Origin: an uncultured delta proteobacterium
GTDB taxonomy: Bacteria > Desulfobacterota > Syntrophia > Syntrophales > Smithellaceae
Assembly: GCA_963811325.1 (NCBI GenBank)
Contig: CAWEQT010000001.1
Span: forward strand, 2,410,497 to 2,474,496
Length of the DNA: 64,000 nucleotides
Direction of reading: 5' to 3'
The translations under genes and the position numbers were made by a program. Of the stretch, positions 41,858 to 52,027 are shown piece by piece; positions within the stretch are counted from its first letter, which is position 1; every line of letters begins with the position of its first letter. The notes under the pieces are model-generated. The model saw only the letters and a list, made by a program, of their open reading frames with translations, had not been told where the DNA came from and made no database searches.

Positions 41858-41924
41858 ATCAGTTTTCATTGATTTCGCAATAAATATAAAAAAATAATAT
41901 AAATTTGGCAATAAGGAGAAAACA

Positions 41925-43508
41925 ATGGCACAGGAACCATCATATTGGGCTCTCGAACTGGAAAGACAGGCGGAATCGATAGGAGACAAAACTTTTGTTT
42001 ATCTTGTATACGACGATCGCTCCATAACATATAGGGAAATGGATCTGAACGCGAACCGTTTTGCTAACTATCTTCTTGAGATCGGTGCAAAACCTGGCGA
42101 TGGTCTTGCGACGCTTATGGGGAACTCGCCGCAATTTCTTGATGTGTTTTTTGGCATCCAGAAGATCGGGATGTACATTAACACCGTCAATACAGGGCTT
42201 CGTGGAGAAGGCCTTGCCTTCATCATCGACAACAGCGATGCGAAATTCCTCGTAGTAGATTATGACAAGATCGATCTGTATCGAAGCGTAGATAAGAAAA
42301 CGCCTCAGCTTAAGTACATCATCGTAAATACTTTTGAGGCACCGAAAGATTTTGTAGTTCCTGAGGGGATGCTGGACTTAAAAGATGACTATAAGAGTGA
42401 CGTGTCCACGGCGAAACCAAAGGTGAGTTTTAGCCCGAATTTTCCTCTTCTTATCATGTATACCTCCGGTACCACCGGTTTACCTAAAGGGGTTCTTTTT
42501 AGATACAATAAAAACCTAGTGGACAAGGTCAAATTACTATCCCAGCTTGCTATGAAGCCGGACTCCGTATATTATACACCACTTGCACTGTTCCATGGAA
42601 ATGCGCTGTTTGTCACTACGACACAGGTGCTTGTATCCGGCGCCAAACTTGCTTTGAGCAAAAAGTTCAGCGCGAGCCGGTTCTTGAATGAGATATATGA
42701 ATCTGGTGCAACAATTTTCAACACCATCGGAGCGATGATTCCCATACTGCTCAAGCAGCCTGTTCATCCCCATGAAAAGGATCACAAAGTGCAACTCGTA
42801 ATCTCCGCGGGATGCCTGGCGGACATGTGGGTGCCTTTTGAAACCAGGTTTGGCGTTACACTTTGGGAGGCTTATGGTGCCATCGACGGTTCCGGAACGA
42901 TCATGAACTTGGGAAATGCTCCCAAAGGCTCCATAGGATCATCCATGATTTCGGAGATCAGACTTGTGGATGAAAATGGCAATGATGTGTCCAACGGAGA
43001 GCCTGGTGAACTTCTATTTAAGGTAAACCCGGACAAGAAAAACACAGTGGAATACTATAAGAACGTCGAAGCGACGGAAACGAAAACCAAAGGTGAATGG
43101 GAGCACACCGGGGACTATTTGTACAAGGACGACAAGGGTTTCCTCTATTTCGTTGGCCGAAAGACGGACTCCATGAGAAGACGTGGCGAAAATGTGTCGG
43201 CTTATGAAGTGGAAAAAATTATTCTCAAAAATCCTAAGGTCCAGGAGTGTGCGGTATATGGTGTGCCCTCCGAACTAACGGAGGACGAGATTATGGCTTC
43301 GGTGACCATAGTGGATGGCGAGCAATTGTCACCTACTAAGCTTTGGGAATTCCTGCAAGACAAGCTGGCCAAATATGCAATCCCCCGATACATCAGGATT
43401 GTCGATGACTTCCCGAGAACAGAGACCTTCCGAATCAAGAAAAATGAGATCAAGGCACAGGGAGTCACTCCAGATACATTTGATGCGGAAAAGATAAAAG
43501 CTCTCTAA
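41925..43508 (+). CDS. ATP-dependent acyl-CoA ligase (CaiC-like)
   Basis: YTSGTTGLPKG, HTGD, RRRGENVS. Confidence 0.9.
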   Translation: MAQEPSYWALELERQAESIGDKTFVYLVYDDRSITYREMDLNANRFANYLLEIGAKPGDGLATLMGNSPQFLDVFFGIQKIGMYINTVNTGLRGEGLAFIIDNSDAKFLVVDYDKIDLYRSVDKKTPQLKYIIVNTFEAPKDFVVPEGMLDLKDDYKSDVSTAKPKVSFSPNFPLLIMYTSGTTGLPKGVLFRYNKNLVDKVKLLSQLAMKPDSVYYTPLALFHGNALFVTTTQVLVSGAKLALSKKFSASRFLNEIYESGATIFNTIGAMIPILLKQPVHPHEKDHKVQLVISAGCLADMWVPFETRFGVTLWEAYGAIDGSGTIMNLGNAPKGSIGSSMISEIRLVDENGNDVSNGEPGELLFKVNPDKKNTVEYYKNVEATETKTKGEWEHTGDYLYKDDKGFLYFVGRKTDSMRRRGENVSAYEVEKIILKNPKVQECAVYGVPSELTEDEIMASVTIVDGEQLSPTKLWEFLQDKLAKYAIPRYIRIVDDFPRTETFRIKKNEIKAQGVTPDTFDAEKIKAL

Positions 43509-43700
43509 GATTAACGTGAAACAGGAAATGCTACAAAACAGTTATTCTTATCAACATTCAAGAGGAAACATTGAGTATCTGTGCCATCCCAAGTCCATAG
43601 CCAGAAATATAAAGTGCCTGTGTGCTTCACATATCATATAAATGCAAATGGCCAGGTTGACTTTATATTGGAAGCGTCATGGCTCAGTTCACTTTGGAGG

Positions 43701-44110
43701 AGAGAGGCTCCCTGATCTCGTCTGATAATTCCCTGTTCCGTGATTTAAATTCCCTGCTGTGTTGAGTAGGGAATTTTCTCTTTAACCCACTGGAATGATG
43801 CATCATATTGTCGTCACTTTTTCCATTTTGGCACCAGAAACGATAACATTCCCTGTAAATTCCCTGATAAACAGGGAATTTGGTATAGAGACTGGTTCGC
43901 AGTAGACTGCCAGCACCACCATGAATTTCCCCACAAGAGATATTCTGCGGTCTATGCCCCCTAATGGGCGCAGTTGGCGCGACTCGGCTTAAGGTGTTTA
44001 CCGGAGAAACTCGCCTCAAGCATGTCAAAACCTCAATATCCGCTATTTTCTCTGTTCGGTATTTTCGTCGGTCAACATATTTTATTAGAAATTGAGGCTG
44101 CTTTGCCAAT
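43701..44110 (+). repeat. Element end-to-end junction repeat (attP-like), with multiple TTCCCTG motifs
   Basis: Homologous to 50901-51340; several TTCCCTG/CAGGGAA motifs, then GGTTCG...CACCACCA joined to the repeat seen at 29489. Confidence 0.8.
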
Positions 44111-44126
44111 CAAGTGGTGATTATTT

Positions 44127-44188
44127 CTTCCTTCCTGTACGAGAGCCTCAGGCAATTTTGACTTGTCTGATTCCTTTCAATTAGTAAT
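44127..44188 (+). repeat. Module-junction site
   Basis: CTTCCTGTAC + 34 bp + TTTCAATTAGTAAT. Confidence 0.85.
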
Positions 44189-44233
44189 CAATATTTAATT
44201 GACATACCAGATTATCCTTCATATATTCCCCTC

Positions 44234-44698
44234 GTGAAAAAACAATGCCTCATTATTCTCTTTGCCTTTTCTATTCTGCTCGTGTCTTGCCTAAGTTGGG
44301 TCATGGAAAAGCCTTCCTTTGTCCTTCGCGAGATAACCATCAGACCCCGCTCCTTTACAGAGATGAATCTTCTCCTAGGTGTTGATATAAAAAATCCGAA
44401 TCGTTTTGACCTTACGCTAAAGTCTGTTGAATATATAATTTACCTTAACAATAAAAAAATCGGAAAAGGGTGTTTGGAAAAGGAACTCCTGATTCCCTCA
44501 TCATCAATAATACGGGTACAGATGCCCGTCCCTACAAAGTTCAAAGACTGGGGCAGAAACCTGAAGAGCATTATTACCGGTGATGAATTGCCCTATAAGA
44601 TAGAGGGAAAGATCGACATCAAAACGGTCTTCGGACTCCTCAATTTCCCTTTTTCAAAAGAAGGGCATATTAATCTAAAGAATTTAATCACCCTATAA
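44234..44698 (+). CDS. LEA type 2 (WHy-domain) lipoprotein
   Basis: Lipobox-like LVSC, IKNPNRFDL motif, LPYKIEG. Confidence 0.8.
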   Translation: MKKQCLIILFAFSILLVSCLSWVMEKPSFVLREITIRPRSFTEMNLLLGVDIKNPNRFDLTLKSVEYIIYLNNKKIGKGCLEKELLIPSSSIIRVQMPVPTKFKDWGRNLKSIITGDELPYKIEGKIDIKTVFGLLNFPFSKEGHINLKNLITL

Positions 44699-44904
44699 TC
44701 CGCACTTTTACAACATCGCTATGTTAATAATAAGTTGGTGAACTCAACAAGGACTTCTTCCTGTACTGTTGGAAATACGTTTCAAATACTCTATCCAAGA
44801 TTTAGTTAAAATTCTGCCATTTTTTATTTCTCATTTCAGGGAATCCTCTTGTGCTGGAGGACGGTAATGCAAGGAACGGTGTGGCATAACATGGGCATAG
44901 TCAT

Positions 44905-45442
44905 TACTCTCTTTCAATCGGTAATGCACAAATATTACTGAAGACTTTTATCTAATTGCTGAATACTCCACAAAGCTTTGTCCACGGACAACGAGTTTGA
45001 CAAAAGTCCAGTGGCGCCTTTTCCCTTATTAGTGCAAGCAACACCCTTACCGTTATCTCTTGCCCGTAAGAAATACCAAGCCCTTTTAGTATTTTCGAGT
45101 CCCATTTCCGGACAGCGTCTTCATTGCCGATGGGATTCTCGCAACAGTCATTTTTGCAATCAGGACAGGATTTACAGAGTTGGTCTGGTCCCTCTGTAAC
45201 GGTAATAATCAAATCGCTCTCTGATTGTGTAAGTTCTTTGATTTTACTTAGGGCAAAGGAAAATTCTTCTCCGCGAATTAAGTTATCCAGGGGTAGAAAC
45301 CTGTCACAAAAAAAGTGATGTGGTCGTAATCTTAATGTTTCCGGATTTTCACTAGAAGTCATACGCAATCCTAACTTTGAAATGTTTCCAATAATTCATC
45401 GCTATTTATCACAGATTGCCTTCTAAGGAAAACTTCTTCTTC
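44905..45442. repeat. ~540-bp direct repeat, copy 2
   Basis: Matches 19765-20302. Confidence 0.95.
44952..45368 (-). CDS. DUF1284-like protein, copy 2
   Basis: Translation identical to 19812-20228. Confidence 0.75.
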   Translation of the reverse strand: MRMTSSENPETLRLRPHHFFCDRFLPLDNLIRGEEFSFALSKIKELTQSESDLIITVTEGPDQLCKSCPDCKNDCCENPIGNEDAVRKWDSKILKGLGISYGQEITVRVLLALIREKAPLDFCQTRCPWTKLCGVFSN

Positions 45443-45622
45443 CGGATAAAAAAATACCTGTAACTGCCAATTACCCTTCATTGCACATTCCAAAATATCA
45501 AGAACAAAAGCTTTATACAGCAAGGCTGCAAAATCACTATCATAATCTTTTGCCAGCCGTGATTTTACCTGCCCCGGCTGAGGGTATTTGATGAAGACTA
45601 TCAGGCATCTATCCAACATCAT
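45443..45622 (-). pseudogene. DUF2064/TIGR04282-like glycosyltransferase, N-terminal fragment
   Basis: LIVFIKYPQPGQVKSRLA N-terminus; family resemblance ends at the duplication boundary (FFYP|EEE). Confidence 0.7.
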
Positions 45623-46440
45623 TTACTCTTTTGATAAGAAAAAGGCATTGCCAACAAAGCCGATAATTTTAGAGACCGATCGTCATGATAGCCATTCAGA
45701 CCTATTTTCATTTTATCATGACCCTCTCGGGGTTGCGCTATATAAGTACCAAAAAGCCTGTCCCACCAGGAAAAACTAAAACCATAGTTGCTGTTTGTTT
45801 CCCGCGCAATCACGGAATGATGCACCCGATGCATATCCGGTGTTACCAAAACCATCCTGATGACGCGATCAATGTATAAGGGGATTTTGATATTACCGTG
45901 GTTGAACATTGATGCGCCATTGAGCAGAACTTCGAAAATCAGGACAGATAAAGGTGGTGCGCCGATTGCTGCCACAGCAGCAAACTTAATCAGCAGTGAT
46001 AAAATTATCTCCAGAGGATGAAAACGCAATGCCGTGGTCACGTCAATATCTTCGTCAGTGTGGTGCACCATATGCACACGCCAGAATATAGGGATAAAGT
46101 GGAATATCCTATGTTGAAGGTAAATAACGAAATCAAGCACCAATATGCCGATGAACAACGCCAGTGGTTGTATTGTATGGCAGTAATTCAATAATCCCCA
46201 GCCTCTTTGCGCACAAATAACAGCTAATCCAACAGGAAATATCGGAAAAATCAAACGCAATACAACGACATCAATTATCTGCATACCAAGATTGCTGATC
46301 CAACGTTTAAACTTGGATTTTAAGAGATTTCGTCGCGGCGCAACCTTTTCACTTTGCACCACAACCATAAATATTGCGGTAAAAAACCCCAGACGCACTA
46401 ATGTTTCGGGTGAAATAAACGTCGTAGATGCATTCATCAT
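45619..46440 (-). CDS. Sterol desaturase/fatty-acid hydroxylase family protein
   Basis: His boxes HRIFH, HMVHH, HRVHH; SNYG...WDRLFGT. Confidence 0.88.
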   Translation of the reverse strand: MMNASTTFISPETLVRLGFFTAIFMVVVQSEKVAPRRNLLKSKFKRWISNLGMQIIDVVVLRLIFPIFPVGLAVICAQRGWGLLNYCHTIQPLALFIGILVLDFVIYLQHRIFHFIPIFWRVHMVHHTDEDIDVTTALRFHPLEIILSLLIKFAAVAAIGAPPLSVLIFEVLLNGASMFNHGNIKIPLYIDRVIRMVLVTPDMHRVHHSVIARETNSNYGFSFSWWDRLFGTYIAQPREGHDKMKIGLNGYHDDRSLKLSALLAMPFSYQKSK

Positions 46441-46453
46441 TAAAGAATATCTT

Positions 46454-47563
46454 CTACCGTTTTTTCTTAGATGAAAATAATTTCAAATACTTTCCGTAAC
46501 CTTCCTTTTCGAGATCCTCTTTAGGGATAAAACGCATGGCAGCGGAATTCATGCAATAGCGTAAGCCAGTCGGTGGCGGTCCATCCGAAAAAACATGACC
46601 CAGATGAGAATTAGCGTGTTTGCTCCTCACCTCTGTACGTGGAATAACCAGAAGAAGATCCTTCGCCTTCACGATATTCTCCGGCTCCAGGGGCTTGGTG
46701 AAACTTGGCCAGCCAGTGCCGGAATCGAATTTATCTAAAGAACTGAAAAGCGGCTCACCGGAAACAATATCCACATAGATGCCCTCTCTCTTGTTATTCC
46801 AATACTCATTATGAAACGCCTCTTCAGTGCCGTTTTTTTGAGTTACTTCATATTGGATTTTGGAAAGCCTCTTCTTCAAAGTCGCATCGTCTGGTTTATT
46901 GAATTTTTCCTGACCGGAAGATTCCAGGCCTGTCTCATTTCCCCATAATTTCTTTACGGTTTTATCACGGCCAGACCCGTAACGGTAGTAATTATAACGC
47001 ACGGGATTTTTAGTATGGTAATTCTGATGATATTCCTCCGCAGGATAAAAGTTAGTGAACTTAATTAAATCCGTAGCAATAGGTTTCACAAGTTTGCCGG
47101 ATTTTTCCAGCGCCTGTTTTGATTTTTCGGCAATCTGCCTCTGCTCTTCATCCTGATAAAATATGGCACTTCGATATTGAGGACCGCGGTCGACAAACTG
47201 TCCACCTCCATCCGTAGGATCAATATGGTGCCAGAAGTAATTTAAAAGTTTTTCATAGCTGATCTTTTGGGGGTTATAATAAACCTGCACGGCTTCAATA
47301 TAACCCATTCCAGCATATGATTCATATGTAGGATTTTCCCCCTTCCCCCCGGCATAACCGGATACTACTTTTATGACACCGGGAACCTTTTCAAAATCTG
47401 ATTCCGCGCACCAGAAGCAACCGGCTGCCAGTGTGGCGATATTCTCAGATGCTATTGCATTTGTTTTCGCCATTTTTGATTTTCCCTCCCCCTGATCGGT
47501 GTTACCGTTTTGACAACCTAAAGCGAAGCTTAATATTACTATGTACATTAATATTTTTTTCAT
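46454..47563 (-). CDS. msrAB: Bifunctional peptide-methionine sulfoxide reductase MsrA/MsrB, lipoprotein
   Basis: [32 protein letters not shown]; N-terminal lipobox LGC. Confidence 0.93.
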   Translation of the reverse strand: MKKILMYIVILSFALGCQNGNTDQGEGKSKMAKTNAIASENIATLAAGCFWCAESDFEKVPGVIKVVSGYAGGKGENPTYESYAGMGYIEAVQVYYNPQKISYEKLLNYFWHHIDPTDGGGQFVDRGPQYRSAIFYQDEEQRQIAEKSKQALEKSGKLVKPIATDLIKFTNFYPAEEYHQNYHTKNPVRYNYYRYGSGRDKTVKKLWGNETGLESSGQEKFNKPDDATLKKRLSKIQYEVTQKNGTEEAFHNEYWNNKREGIYVDIVSGEPLFSSLDKFDSGTGWPSFTKPLEPENIVKAKDLLLVIPRTEVRSKHANSHLGHVFSDGPPPTGLRYCMNSAAMRFIPKEDLEKEGYGKYLKLFSSKKKR

Positions 47564-47823
47564 TATGCGCCTCCCTCTTTTTTATAAAATATATGATATT
47601 ATTGAATTTACCATATGGGTTGCTCTATAGGTTAATAGTAGGATAAACCTACTCTTGTCAAGTCAAATAGAATATATAAAACTGATCGTATCAGAGAAAA
47701 AAACTTAACTGTGAGATAAATTTAATCACTTGACACCAAGAGTAAGCTCAAGTATTTTTTAAATAACATGTCGAATCTTGTTTTGTCTCAATTGTTTCAC
47801 CGAAATTTTGCGGGAAAGATTAT

Positions 47824-48240
47824 ATGCCTGTAAACTATTTTAAAAATGATAAGTCATTGCGGCCACTGTTATTTCTTATATTTTTGTTGACTGTCATTAT
47901 CCTGCTGAAATTTTCCGGAGAGGCGGATAAATTAATAGACGTGCGTGAATGGATCAAAGGGCTCGGTTTCTGGGGTCCACTGGTTTTTATTCTAATTTAT
48001 ATACTGGCTGTCATTCTGGCACTGCCCGGATCGGCGGTAACGATTGCCGTAGCCACTCTTTTCGGTTCAGTTTGGGGAGTAGTGCTGGTAAGTATCGCTT
48101 CCACAATCGGAGCAAGCATCTGTTTTCTGATATCCCGTTATTTTGCCCGGGACTTCATTTTACGCAAATTCGCGCAAAACGAAAAATTCCTCAAATTGAG
48201 ATGTGCGATATCTGTGGCTCTCACAACGCAGCCCAATTGA
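47824..48240 (+). pseudogene. TVP38/TMEM64 (VTT-domain) membrane protein, 3'-truncated
   Basis: ALPGSAVTI...FG...STIGASICFLISRYFAR; ends before the conserved RLxP motif. Confidence 0.7.
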
Positions 48241-48381
48241 CAGATCTTTGAACCCACATCTTTTTTGATTATTAATGCAGGCAACGTTTCTAATGATGAT
48301 TTTGTTTTTTAAAATCGATCATTAAATTATTTATTAATAATTTCCTGAAGTCTGCATTTTCTAAATTTATAATTTTATGCT

Positions 48382-49798
48382 TCTATGTAAAAAAGCAAGT
48401 CTTTTTTTAAAAGAGACATGATCAATATTCTTTTATAAAATATCGGGTGCATAGCAATCTTTAAAATCAATCTTCTATCAGCAGACAGACCGTTAGAAAG
48501 TCGCTGCATTTCCTTGGTCAGGTTTTAAAGGGTGGGCACGCAGTCTAGGTTAATAGCAGACTAAATGGCAAGCTGCAGCATAAAATAAGCGTTGCCCACG
48601 GATTTATGATTATCAATTTGCCCTAAACACCCCATGATTGTTAATAGCTAAACAACCGCCGGAATATATTCTTGCCGATTTTTAAGAACGAATCGTATAC
48701 GGTTTAAAAGCTTCCGGGCAACATGCACAATAGCTTTCGTCTTTTTCATTCTCACAGATAGTTTATTGAAAGCCATTATCAATGCAGGGTCTTTGCGCAC
48801 GGCGATCCAGGAAGATTCAATCAGTAACGCCCTGAGGGTGGCATTGCGCCGGAATGTGATGCCGGCAGCATATTCTGTTTCGCCGCTTGACCTTATGTCC
48901 GGAACCAAACCCTCGTAACTGGCAAGCTTATCAAGGGAGGAGAACCGGGAGAGATCGGCAAGCTCGGTCAGCAAAATCATGGCCGTCAAAGTGCTGATGC
49001 CCGGCACGGATTTCAAAAGAAGGACGTCCGCCATATATTCTTCAGTTCTCGATAAACTTAATATGGCCTTGTTGAGGTTGGCGATAATCTGTCGCAGGTG
49101 CTTCAACTCCTCAAGATGTGCCTTGAGGGCAAAATCACCACTGGCCCTTTCCATACGGATAGATTCGATCCAATTGATAAATCGCCTGGACCAACGGCCC
49201 TCTTCAGGAATCACGATGCCGTAGAAAAATAAGATCGACGTGATCTGGTTCTTGCACCGTGTTTGTTTCCTCACCATGCTCTGACGGGTGCGCACCAAGG
49301 TGCGATCTTCCACTTTCACTCTTGGGGGAACGTAGATACCATTGATTTCACCGTTGCGGAGACCGCGGGCCAGTTTCCGGCAGTCTACCCCGTCCCTTTT
49401 GCCGGCTCTTTCCTTGTCTTTTGTCGGAACATCGGCAGGATGGACGACCAGGCAATCGATTCCTTTTGCTCTTAATTTGTCGTGGAGCCAGAAACCGCTG
49501 AAACCGGCTTCATAAACAGTATGATACGTGGCTCCTGGAAATGTTCTTTCCAAATAATACGTCAGTTTCTCAATCTCCGGGGGCTGGGTGAAGGTCTTAT
49601 GCTCAAACTGTTCGGTATGTATACTCACGCTCCAGCTCTTCTTGTGGACATCCATGCCCACGTAAATGTGTTGACCTCCAAAGTCAAGTCTGTTATTCTT
49701 TTCCATGGCGAGCCTCCTTTGCGTATTTATGTTTTAGCGGACTAAATATACCATCACAAAGTTGAGACTTGCCCTTGTATTTTTTAACATAAGGTCTA
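48382..49798 (-). mobile_element. IS110-family element B, copy 2, inserted in a module-junction site
   Basis: Matches 20585-22001; left box TTTCCTGAAG at 48341, right-box variant at 49801. Confidence 0.88.
48648..49706 (-). CDS. IS110-family DEDD transposase, copy 2
   Basis: Translation identical to 20851-21909. Confidence 0.93.
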   Translation of the reverse strand: MEKNNRLDFGGQHIYVGMDVHKKSWSVSIHTEQFEHKTFTQPPEIEKLTYYLERTFPGATYHTVYEAGFSGFWLHDKLRAKGIDCLVVHPADVPTKDKERAGKRDGVDCRKLARGLRNGEINGIYVPPRVKVEDRTLVRTRQSMVRKQTRCKNQITSILFFYGIVIPEEGRWSRRFINWIESIRMERASGDFALKAHLEELKHLRQIIANLNKAILSLSRTEEYMADVLLLKSVPGISTLTAMILLTELADLSRFSSLDKLASYEGLVPDIRSSGETEYAAGITFRRNATLRALLIESSWIAVRKDPALIMAFNKLSVRMKKTKAIVHVARKLLNRIRFVLKNRQEYIPAVV

Positions 49799-49963
49799 GG
49801 TTATTAACAGTAATCGTTAAAAAACGGCTGAACCTTAGCTTAAAATGTGTTACACGTTTCCGGGCATATCAACTATTAAGAACACAAAAAGATAAAATCT
49901 ATTAAAAAGAAAAAGTCATATTAGAGGATACATAAAAAAGCGAAACAAAAAAGGAAATAAGTC

Positions 49964-50317
49964 ATGAAAAAAATCACTGCAGCAACTATCGCTATCATGT
50001 TTATTTTTATCACGGCCGGTTTCAGTTTTGCCGCAAAGGAGTTTCAAATAAATGGAATAGTCACTAAGATCAATGGTAACAAGATAACAATTAAAGGTCA
50101 TAAAGGTAAAAAGACGACCATTGACGTTCGTTTGATTGGCATCAAGGTAGGTGATTCCCTTCTGTTGGCAGATAAGTTTCAGATAAAGGGAATAGTCACT
50201 AAGATCAATGGTAACAAGATAACAATTAAAGGTAATAAAGGTAAAGAGACGACCATTGACGTTCGTTTGATTGGCATCAAGGTAGGTGATTCCCTTCTGT
50301 TGAGTAGAGTACTGTAA
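49964..50317 (+). CDS. Small exported protein with a 45-aa internal tandem duplication
   Basis: Signal peptide; 135-bp DNA period (units start at 50041 and 50176). Confidence 0.7.
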   Translation: MKKITAATIAIMFIFITAGFSFAAKEFQINGIVTKINGNKITIKGHKGKKTTIDVRLIGIKVGDSLLLADKFQIKGIVTKINGNKITIKGNKGKETTIDVRLIGIKVGDSLLLSRVL

Positions 50318-50481
50318 AAATTTCTGCAGAAGTCATGTTTTTCCATGATGAAGATGAAGATAATATTCCAGAATGATTTAATTATTAATCATCGGGTGTC
50401 TTTTCGGATAATGAGTCTTTATTGTTGTATTTAATGCCGAATTTTACAGAGGAAGGAAACATCTCTGCGGAGAAAGGAAAA

Positions 50482-50838
50482 ATGACAATGTTGTATCGAA
50501 CAATGAAGAAAAATGGTGATTCTCTTTCGATTCTGGGATTCGGAGCCATGCGTCTTGCCCAGAAAGGTCAAAAGATTGATGAAGCGAGGGCGACCAGGCA
50601 GATAAGAGATGCAATTGACCTGGGAGTAAATTATGTTGACACCGCCTGGCTTTATCATGGGGGAGAGAGCGAATTGTTTCTGGGGCGAGCCCTGGCTGGA
50701 GGATATAGGGGAAAAGTCCGTTTGGCCACAAAACTACCTTCCTGGCTAATAAAAGCAAGAAAAGATATGGATCGGTATCTGGATGCCCAGTTAAAATGGC
50801 GGATAATTATATGCTCGCTTTCAAATGGTTATCAATAA
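50482..50838 (+). pseudogene. Aldo/keto reductase, N-terminal fragment
   Basis: LSILGFGAMRL, GVNYVDTAWLY, LATKLP, then loses family resemblance. Confidence 0.8.
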
Positions 50839-50900
50839 ATTTTGCCGGACTAAATTTTGTTGATAAGTAGGTGTAACAAATAATCGACTTCTTCCTAAAG

Positions 50901-51340
50901 AGAGGGGATCCCTGATTTCATCTGATAATTCCCTGCACCGTGATTTAAATTCCCTGCTATGCTAAAATAATTCCCTGCTCTGTTGAGTAGGGAATTTTCT
51001 TTGTAACCCACTGGAATGATGCATCATATCATCGTCACTTTTTCCATTTCGGTAGCAAAAACAACAATATTCCCTGTAAATTCCCTGATAAACAGGGAAT
51101 TTTGTATGGAGAGTGGTTCGAGCTAGACTACTAGCACCACCATGAATTCCCCTGCAAGAGATATTTTGCAGTTTATGCGCCCGGATGGGTGCAATTGGCG
51201 GGCTTCAGCTAAATGAGTTGACCGGAGAAACCCGCCTCAAGCACGTTAATGCCATAATATCCGCCCTTTTCTCTGTTCGGTGTTTTCGTCGGTCAACATA
51301 TTTGATCAGAAATCAAGGTTGCTGTGTCCCATTGAGTGGC
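50901..51340 (+). repeat. Element end-to-end junction repeat (attP-like), second copy
   Basis: Diverged homologue of 43701-44110; directly preceded by a left half-site CTTCCTAAAG (50891). Confidence 0.8.
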
Positions 51341-51353
51341 ATGTCTTATGTTA

Positions 51354-51415
51354 ACTATTTCCTGTAACAAATAAATCGCCAACCTGCACAAATATGCAAT
51401 ATTTCAATCCGTAAT
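51354..51415 (+). repeat. Module-junction site
   Basis: TTTCCTGTAA + 34 bp + TTTCAATCCGTAAT. Confidence 0.85.
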
Positions 51416-51466
51416 CAATACTATTCACGCCCGACAATAATCGACACTGCACATTATATTTTGTGG

Positions 51467-52027
51467 TCAAGATTCCTTTAATTCAAGCTGGAAATAAATA
51501 TCATCATCGCCCGCGGCAATACTCCTGACCTTTTTCACAACAGATTTTTCCCCGAACGTTTTGAGGGCCTGCTGATTGTAACCCATAACAAGTTGCTCAA
51601 AGTACAAATTTTTTATATTAATCCCTGTGACTTTGAGATGAACGATGTTGTTCTCAAACTTTGTGATAACTGTACCTCCGTCAAAAAACGCCGTCCAGAG
51701 CTTAGGCATGTAAACCTCGACGAACTGCTTTATATCCTTTGTGAGCATAAAAGATTTGTACGGACCTTCCGGCGACAGGGCATATTTAGCGCCTACTTTC
51801 CCAAACATCAAGTACGACATTCTGTCGTTGTTGAAGAATTCCCTGCACATCTCATCAAAAAGAATGATTAATTTTTCCACTGGAATAAGAGTAATGGACA
51901 TAATCATATTTTTGAAATATTTGTCCTTCTCTGTCAGCTTGGTCATAAAGGAATTCCAGCGTTCCTCGCCGAAAGCTGTGATCATAGCAGTCTTTGTCAA
52001 AACATAAAAAGTGCCTTTTACGTTCAT
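51467..52027 (-). CDS. Hypothetical protein
   Basis: AGGAGG RBS, 186-aa ORF; family not recognised. Confidence 0.7.
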   Translation of the reverse strand: MNVKGTFYVLTKTAMITAFGEERWNSFMTKLTEKDKYFKNMIMSITLIPVEKLIILFDEMCREFFNNDRMSYLMFGKVGAKYALSPEGPYKSFMLTKDIKQFVEVYMPKLWTAFFDGGTVITKFENNIVHLKVTGINIKNLYFEQLVMGYNQQALKTFGEKSVVKKVRSIAAGDDDIYFQLELKES

